Assembly: GCA_964564065.1 (NCBI GenBank)
Contig: CAZLZQ010000002.1
Location: 1-45,917 of the forward strand
Direction of reading: 5' to 3'
Length of the DNA: 45,917 nucleotides
Source: an uncultured Arcobacteraceae bacterium
GTDB taxonomy: Bacteria > Campylobacterota > Campylobacteria > Campylobacterales > Arcobacteraceae
Shown here: positions 39,754 to 45,917 of the stretch, piece after piece
Layout of the letters: every line of letters begins with the position of its first letter
How positions within the stretch are numbered: position 1 is the first letter of the stretch
Notes under the pieces: generated by a model
The model's database searches: none
What the model was told of the DNA's origin: nothing
Seen by the model: only the letters and a program-made list of their open reading frames with translations
Position numbers and translations under genes: made by a program

Positions 39754-41061
39754 ATGTCAAAAAACCTTTCAATAATAATTCTAGCAGCTGGTAAGGGTAC
39801 AAGAATGAAATCATCTTTACCAAAAGTTTTACATAAACTTTCAGGTAAAGAGATGCTCTATTATTCTATCAAAGAAGCTCAAAAACTAAGTGATGATATT
39901 CATGTAGTACTATATCATCAAGCAGAATTGGTACAAAAAGAGATGGAAAAATATTTTTCAAATATAAATTTTTCTCTACAAGACCATGAAAACTATCCAG
40001 GGACTGGTGGTGCAGTTATGGGACTTAATCTAAAATACCCTAAAACTTTAGTTTTAAATGGAGATATGCCATTAATTCAAGCAAAAGAGTTAAACAATTT
40101 TTTAAGAGATGATAACTGTGCTATTATCATGAGTGTTCTTGAACTAAAAGATGCTTCTGGATATGGAAGAGTTATCATAGAAAATAACAATGTTAAAAAA
40201 ATAGTTGAACAAAAAGATTGTAATGATAAAGAGTTAGATGTAAATATTGCAAATGCAGGTATATATTGTTTTGATACTAAATTTTTACAAGAAAACTTAC
40301 CAAAACTATCATCTTCAAATGCTCAAAATGAATATTATATCACTGACTTAGTAGAAATAGCAATAAATCTAGATAAAGAGGTACACCCATTAATAGTAAG
40401 TGAAGAGAACTTCAAAGGTGTAAACTCTAAAATTGATTTAAGTGATGCAGAAGTTATTCATCAAAATAGAATAAAAAAACAGTTTTTAGCAAATGGTGTT
40501 ATCATGAGACTTCCTGATACTATCTATATTGAAGATAGTGTAGAGATAGAAGGTGAGTCAATTTTAGAAAATGGTGTTACTCTTTTAGGTGATACCAAAA
40601 TTATAAATAGCCATATAAAAACAAATAGTATAGTAGAGGATTCTATTTTAGAAAATAGTGACATTGGACCAATGGCAAGAATAAGACCTCAAAGTATCAT
40701 AAAAGATACTCATATAGGTAATTTTGTAGAGGTTAAAAAATCAGTACTTACTGGTGTCAAAGCTGGTCACCTTTCATATCTAGGAGATAGTCAAATTGAT
40801 ACTGGTACAAATATAGGAGCTGGAACTATAACTTGTAACTACGATGGTAAAAATAAATCTAAAACTATCATAGGTAAAAATGTATTTATAGGTAGCAACA
40901 CTAAACTTATAGCACCTATTGTACTTGAAGATGATTGTATGATAGCTGCAGGAAGTACTATAGATAAGACTGTAAAAAGTGGTGAACTTGCAATTGAGAG
41001 AAGCAAAGAGAAACAAAGAAATATAAAAAACTTTTTTTATAAATTTTTTGGAAAAGACTAA
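39754..41061 (+). CDS. glmU: bifunctional GlmU
   Basis: ILAAGKGTRMKSSLPKVLH, GYGRV, EYYITD, GNFVEVK, HLSYLGD, TCNYDG, hexapeptide repeats. Confidence 0.97.
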   Translation: MSKNLSIIILAAGKGTRMKSSLPKVLHKLSGKEMLYYSIKEAQKLSDDIHVVLYHQAELVQKEMEKYFSNINFSLQDHENYPGTGGAVMGLNLKYPKTLVLNGDMPLIQAKELNNFLRDDNCAIIMSVLELKDASGYGRVIIENNNVKKIVEQKDCNDKELDVNIANAGIYCFDTKFLQENLPKLSSSNAQNEYYITDLVEIAINLDKEVHPLIVSEENFKGVNSKIDLSDAEVIHQNRIKKQFLANGVIMRLPDTIYIEDSVEIEGESILENGVTLLGDTKIINSHIKTNSIVEDSILENSDIGPMARIRPQSIIKDTHIGNFVEVKKSVLTGVKAGHLSYLGDSQIDTGTNIGAGTITCNYDGKNKSKTIIGKNVFIGSNTKLIAPIVLEDDCMIAAGSTIDKTVKSGELAIERSKEKQRNIKNFFYKFFGKD

Positions 41062-42327
41062 ATGCAACTATTAAAAAATAAAAATATATTATTGGCAGTT
41101 ACTAGTAGTATTGCTATTTACAAATCACTTGAACTTATAAGATTATATATAAAAGCAGGTGCTAATGTAAAAGTTATAATGACGCCATCTTCAAAAAAAT
41201 TTATCACTCCACTTACATTTGAAACTATTTCTCAAAATAAAGTTTTAGATGAACAGAGTGAAGATTGGAGTACAAATACTACTAATAATCATATTGATAT
41301 AGGGAAATGGGCCGATATATTTGTAATAGCACCAGCAACTGCAAATACTATAAATAAGCTATCAAATGGTATTGCAGATAACCTACTTTTACAAACTGCC
41401 TTAGCATATCCAAGAGTAAAATTACTTTGTCCAGCAGCAAATACAAATATGATGAAAAATCCAATAACCTCTGCTAGTTTAAAGATGCTAAAACTATGTA
41501 ACTTTAAAATTATTAATACTCAAATAAAAGAGTTAGCTTGTAAAGATATAGGAGATGGTGCATTAGCAAATGTAGAAGATATATTTCATACTACAGCAAA
41601 AGAGTTACTTCAAGATAGCTATTGGAATGATCGTAAAGTTGTGCTAAATGGTGGTGGAACTATAGAAAAAATTGATGATATAAGATTCATTAGTAACTTT
41701 AGTAGTGGAAAGATGGCAGGAAGTTTAGCTATTGCTTTATACTATAAAGGTGCTGATGTCTGTCTAGTTACAACAAAAGATATTTCTGCTCCTAGTGGTA
41801 TACATACTATAAAGGTTCAAAGCACAAAAGAGATGTTTGAATATTGTCAAGATAGTATAAAAGTAGCACTAAAAGGTAAAATGTCAAGTGCAACACTTAT
41901 GGACAATTCACATATGCAACTTATTCAAAAAAAGCCTTACTTTTTTGCTGTTTCAGCGGTAAGTGACTTTATTCCTACTTTTCCTCAAAATGGAAAAATA
42001 AAAAAAGATGATATTGGTGATAATTGGGATTTAAAACTAAAAAAGAATATTGATATACTTGATTCTTTAGATAAAAATAAAATATATACTATTGGTTTTA
42101 AAGCCGAGATGGATAAAGATAATGCAAAACAAAATGCTACTAATATGCTTCAAAATAAAAGTATTGATGGGGTATGCTTAAATATTATTGATAAAAATAA
42201 TAATTTTGGTTCAGATACAAATAATATCAATTTTATAACTTCAAATGAGGAATCTTATTTTGAAGGTTCAAAATTAGATATATCTATCCAGTTGCTAGAT
42301 AATATTAAAGAGTCATTTAGTGAATAA
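41062..42327 (+). CDS. coaBC: phosphopantothenoylcysteine decarboxylase/ligase
   Basis: SIAIYK, HID, APATANT, PAANTNM, LACKDIGDG, IDDIRFISNFSSGKM, AVSDF, GFKAE. Confidence 0.96.
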   Translation: MQLLKNKNILLAVTSSIAIYKSLELIRLYIKAGANVKVIMTPSSKKFITPLTFETISQNKVLDEQSEDWSTNTTNNHIDIGKWADIFVIAPATANTINKLSNGIADNLLLQTALAYPRVKLLCPAANTNMMKNPITSASLKMLKLCNFKIINTQIKELACKDIGDGALANVEDIFHTTAKELLQDSYWNDRKVVLNGGGTIEKIDDIRFISNFSSGKMAGSLAIALYYKGADVCLVTTKDISAPSGIHTIKVQSTKEMFEYCQDSIKVALKGKMSSATLMDNSHMQLIQKKPYFFAVSAVSDFIPTFPQNGKIKKDDIGDNWDLKLKKNIDILDSLDKNKIYTIGFKAEMDKDNAKQNATNMLQNKSIDGVCLNIIDKNNNFGSDTNNINFITSNEESYFEGSKLDISIQLLDNIKESFSE

Positions 42328-43000
42328 TCTTCCTAAACATATTGCCATTATTATGGATGGTAATGGAAGATGGGCAAAAGAGCAAGGACTAAATAGAACA
42401 GCAGGGCACGAAAAAGGTGCTTCGACAGTAAGAGAGATAACCATACATTGTAGTGATATAGGGATAAACTATCTTACTCTTTATGCATTTAGTACAGAAA
42501 ACTGGTCAAGACCTAAACTTGAAGTTGAATTTCTTATGAAACTTCTTGAGAGATATTTTAAAAGTGAACTACCAATATATTTAAAAAATAATGTAAAATT
42601 TAAAGCAATTGGAGATATTAGTAAATTTTCTAAAAAACTTCAAACTATCATAAAGGATACTGAAAATCAAACTTCAAAATGTACAGGATTGACTCAAATA
42701 TTGGCATTAAACTATGGTAGTAGAGATGAAATTGTAAGAGCTGTTAAAAAACTAAATGAAAAAAATTTAGAAGTATCAGAAGAGAATATAAATAGTTGTT
42801 TAGATACTGTAAATATTCCAGATGTAGATCTTCTTATTCGTACAAGTGGAGAGGTTAGAATATCAAACTATCTTTTATGGCAAATAGCTTATTCCGAGAT
42901 GTTTTTTACACAAACTTATTGGCCAGAATTTTCTACAATGGAACTAGATGATATAATTTCTGATTTTAATAAAAGAGAAAGAAGATTTGGTGGAATCTAA
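42320..43000 (+). CDS. uppS: undecaprenyl diphosphate synthase
   Basis: HIAIIMDGNGRWA, YAFSTENWSRP, DLLIRTSGEVRISNYLLWQ, RERRFG. Confidence 0.97.
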   Translation: MNNLPKHIAIIMDGNGRWAKEQGLNRTAGHEKGASTVREITIHCSDIGINYLTLYAFSTENWSRPKLEVEFLMKLLERYFKSELPIYLKNNVKFKAIGDISKFSKKLQTIIKDTENQTSKCTGLTQILALNYGSRDEIVRAVKKLNEKNLEVSEENINSCLDTVNIPDVDLLIRTSGEVRISNYLLWQIAYSEMFFTQTYWPEFSTMELDDIISDFNKRERRFGGI

Positions 43001-43760
43001 TATTCTAATTTTTACGCTTGGACTAATATTTGGAAGTTTTCTAAATATGTTAATATATAGATTACCTCTTGATATATCACTAATAAATCCTAAAAGATCA
43101 ATATGTACAAATTGCAATTACCAAATTAGATGGTATGAAAACATACCCTTATTTTCTTATATTTTCTTAAAAGCTAGATGTTCAAACTGTAAAGAACAAA
43201 TATCTATTGTATACCCCATAGTTGAACTTATCACAGCTATATTAACTTTATTACTTTTTATAAAAATGGGAAATACATTTAATTTTATTTTAACTACATT
43301 ATTATTTTACATATTGATCGTACTTTCATTTATTGATTTTAAATACAAAGCTGTACCTGACTATCTTTTAATTCTTGCACTTTTAGTATCATTTTTTATA
43401 ATTGATTTTGATTTTAATGCTATGTTAATGTTTAGTGGTGGCTTTATTTTACTTGATATATTTATCACTTTTTATATTCAAAATATTAAATCTAAAATTC
43501 TAAATGATGATAGTTTAAAAACTCAAAAAGCCTTAGGTGAAGGAGATATACCTATTGTTGCTATTATTGGTGGATTACTTAGTGTTAAACTTGGATTAAT
43601 AGCTATATTTTTAAGTGCAATTTTTGCTATAATCCCATCAATATTAAATACAATTATAAAAAAAGATATAGAGACACCATTTATACCATATTTAACACTT
43701 GCTTTATTTACTGTGTATATTACTGATAATTATTTTTTAAATTTATATGTAGCTAACTAA
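42987..43760 (+). CDS. pilD: A24 prepilin peptidase
   Basis: GSFLNMLIYRLP, two CxxC motifs, ENIPLFSY, IDF, LGEGD, PFIPYL. Confidence 0.9.
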   Translation: MVESNILIFTLGLIFGSFLNMLIYRLPLDISLINPKRSICTNCNYQIRWYENIPLFSYIFLKARCSNCKEQISIVYPIVELITAILTLLLFIKMGNTFNFILTTLLFYILIVLSFIDFKYKAVPDYLLILALLVSFFIIDFDFNAMLMFSGGFILLDIFITFYIQNIKSKILNDDSLKTQKALGEGDIPIVAIIGGLLSVKLGLIAIFLSAIFAIIPSILNTIIKKDIETPFIPYLTLALFTVYITDNYFLNLYVAN

Positions 43761-43769
43761 AGGGAAAAA

Positions 43770-44792
43770 ATGAATAAATTATTAAAAAAACATCTACTTA
43801 CTACATATTCACAAACATTTTTCCCTATATTTTTAACTTTATTTATAATTACATCTATTATGTACCTTGTAAGAATATCTGCACTTACATCTGTTATGGA
43901 GATCAATTTTACAGAATTATTAACACTATATTCATTTTATATACCATCTATTCTTTTTTATACATTACCAATATCTATATTTATATCTATAGCACTTAGC
44001 TTATCTAAGCTATCTACAGAGTATGAACTAATAGTAATAACTAGTTTTGGTTTAAATCCAATTAAAATATTAAAAATATTTTTTCCTACACTATTTTTTA
44101 CTACTTTATTTTTATTAGTAAATTCCTTAATACTAATTCCAAAAGCTGATCAGTTATCTGATAGTTTTAAAATAAAGAAAAAACAAGATGCTAAATTTAA
44201 TATTAAAGCAAGTGAATATGGTCAAGAATTTGGGAAATGGCTTATATATGTAAATGATGAAAAAGATGGTTTATATAAAGATATTGTACTTTTTCAAAAA
44301 GATGGAACTGAAGATACATTTATAATTGCAAAAAATGCAACACTTGATAATAATAATTCTGATTTAGGTTTACATCTAAGAGATGGTAAGGCACTAAGTA
44401 TCGACCAAACAATTAATCAAATTGATTTTAAAAAAATGCTTATAAATAATAGTTTAAAGGAAGCCACAAATATAAATACTTTTAATGATTTATTAATATA
44501 TTGGAGTAATATAAATCAAAATCAATATAAACAATATAAATTTAACTTCTCTATATTGATGTCATTATTTCCTATATTATCAATTTTATTTATTATATCT
44601 TTAGGGTTTTATAATCCTAGATATGAAAAAAATAAAACTACTATATATACTATATTATTAGCAATATTATTTGTAATTTTTAGTCAAAAATTATCTAAAA
44701 AACTAGGATTTGAAGTTTTATATGTTATGCCTACAATTTGGATAATACTTAGTTATATAGTTTATAGAGTTAAAGTTAAAAAGTATTATTAA
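43770..44792 (+). CDS. lptF: LptF/LptG family LPS export permease
   Basis: 3 TM + periplasmic domain + 3 TM; LSTEYELIVITSFG motif. Confidence 0.8.
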   Translation: MNKLLKKHLLTTYSQTFFPIFLTLFIITSIMYLVRISALTSVMEINFTELLTLYSFYIPSILFYTLPISIFISIALSLSKLSTEYELIVITSFGLNPIKILKIFFPTLFFTTLFLLVNSLILIPKADQLSDSFKIKKKQDAKFNIKASEYGQEFGKWLIYVNDEKDGLYKDIVLFQKDGTEDTFIIAKNATLDNNNSDLGLHLRDGKALSIDQTINQIDFKKMLINNSLKEATNINTFNDLLIYWSNINQNQYKQYKFNFSILMSLFPILSILFIISLGFYNPRYEKNKTTIYTILLAILFVIFSQKLSKKLGFEVLYVMPTIWIILSYIVYRVKVKKYY

Positions 44793-44796
44793 AACT

Positions 44797-45522
44797 GTGA
44801 AAAAAATTCTTTTTATTATAAGTTACAATGGAACTAATTATTACGGTTCTCAAATTCAACCAGATAAAGTAACAATTCAATCAAAATTAGATGATGCATT
44901 TAAAATATTAAATATTAATACAACTCTTGAATTTAGTGGTAGAACTGATAAAGGAGTTCATGCCTTCAAACAATCTATTTCGTGCTTTATACCCATGTAC
45001 TGGGACGATTTAAAAAGATTTAGAACTACTTTAAATAAGCTTTTACCAAAATCTATATTTATTAGAAAAGTTAAATTTGTAGATGATCAATTTCATGCTA
45101 GATTTAGTGCAAAGAAAAGAGAATATAGGTACCTAATATCATCAAAAGAAACTACACCTTTTAATAATGATTTTGTTACATATTATAAAAAAATTGATAT
45201 ATTTAAAATCAAAGAAGCAATTAAATATTTTATAGGTATTCATGATTTTGAATATTTTTCAAAAAAAGGTAGTGATCCAGTATCATATACTAGAGAGATA
45301 TATGATATAAAGTTTTATAAATATAATGATATATATGTCTTAAATTTTAAAGCAAACTCATATCTAAGAAGTCAAATAAGGATGATAGTAGATTTTATAA
45401 TGAAAATATCGCAAGATAAATTAACTATTAAACAATTAAAAGATCAAATAAATAAAGAGAAATTAATCTCATGGACATTAGCTCCTGCTAATGGACTATA
45501 TCTTAGTAAAATTCACTATTGA
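44797..45522 (+). CDS. truA: tRNA pseudouridine(38-40) synthase
   Basis: SYNGTNYYGSQ, SGRTDKGVHA, FHARFSA, YLRSQIR, APANGLYL. Confidence 0.96.
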   Translation: MKKILFIISYNGTNYYGSQIQPDKVTIQSKLDDAFKILNINTTLEFSGRTDKGVHAFKQSISCFIPMYWDDLKRFRTTLNKLLPKSIFIRKVKFVDDQFHARFSAKKREYRYLISSKETTPFNNDFVTYYKKIDIFKIKEAIKYFIGIHDFEYFSKKGSDPVSYTREIYDIKFYKYNDIYVLNFKANSYLRSQIRMIVDFIMKISQDKLTIKQLKDQINKEKLISWTLAPANGLYLSKIHY

Positions 45523-45530
45523 TTTTACAT

Positions 45531-45560
45531 AAAAAAAGCTAGTGAATATTCACTAGCCTT
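45531..45560 (-). terminator. rho-independent terminator of the nuo operon (possibly bidirectional)
   Basis: GCTAGTGAA-TA-TTCACTAGC stem with a 7-T tail on the minus strand. Confidence 0.8.
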
Positions 45561-45585
45561 CTGAATTATATCTAAAGATATAATT

Positions 45586-45917
45586 CTAAAATCCACTCAT
45601 TTGTACATAAGTAGATATCATCTCCAATAATGGATCGATATAGAATACTGATGTAATAGTTACAATAGCAGAGATACCAACAACAGTAAGAAGTGGTCTA
45701 TTTGCATTACCCATAACTACAACTCTATCATCATTAGTTGGTTGTTTCAAGAACATATAAACTATTAATTTTAAATAATAATATGCAGCAATTGCAGAAT
45801 TTAACGCCATAATTAAAGCTAATACTACATATCCACCATTAACAGCAGCACCAATTAAAAACATTTTTCCCCAAAATAAACTAAATGGAGGAACACCAGC
45901 AAGACTTAACATAAATA
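45586..45917 (-). CDS. nuoN: NADH-quinone oxidoreductase subunit N, 3' part (runs off the window edge)
   Basis: [15 protein letters not shown] and [11 protein letters not shown] motifs. Confidence 0.9.
   Translation of the reverse strand, partial: FMLSLAGVPPFSLFWGKMFLIGAAVNGGYVVLALIMALNSAIAAYYYLKLIVYMFLKQPTNDDRVVVMGNANRPLLTVVGISAIVTITSVFYIDPLLEMISTYVQMSGF

Overview
A very AT-rich, gene-dense chromosomal segment, most likely from an Arcobacteraceae-type Campylobacterota (epsilonproteobacterium); this is inferred from protein styles and gene order. It is mostly core housekeeping: lapB-like/rnhA/nadK/recN; rpsB-tsf with an intact t44/S2 leader RNA; gmk; ccoI-ccoS; cytochrome c553; hemH; trmA; tgt; ctpA-purC-purS-purQ-plsC-crcB; glmU-coaBC-uppS-pilD-lptF-truA; and the 3' end of nuoN. 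Signalling genes are interspersed (REC-GGDEF-EAL, CBS-GGDEF, two chemoreceptors, one two-component system). I saw no tRNA, rRNA, CRISPR array, IS element or prophage. The best candidate for an undescribed system is 16.5-21.9 kb. It holds an OmpR-family regulator that is probably leaderless, a histidine kinase with only a ~23-aa extracytoplasmic loop, and an unannotated 31-aa single-TM peptide translationally coupled to the kinase. A TTCAT-N6-TTCAT-N10-(-10) box sits upstream of both the regulator and the downstream chemoreceptor, and the module lies between two MCP genes, one with a CZB domain. Secondary observations include a long ADE1-type PurC in the pur locus, a PseG-like probable pseudo-enzyme coupled to a SUV3-like helicase, and RNA hairpins embedded in the gene after tsf. 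All calls are by eye; no database searches were run.
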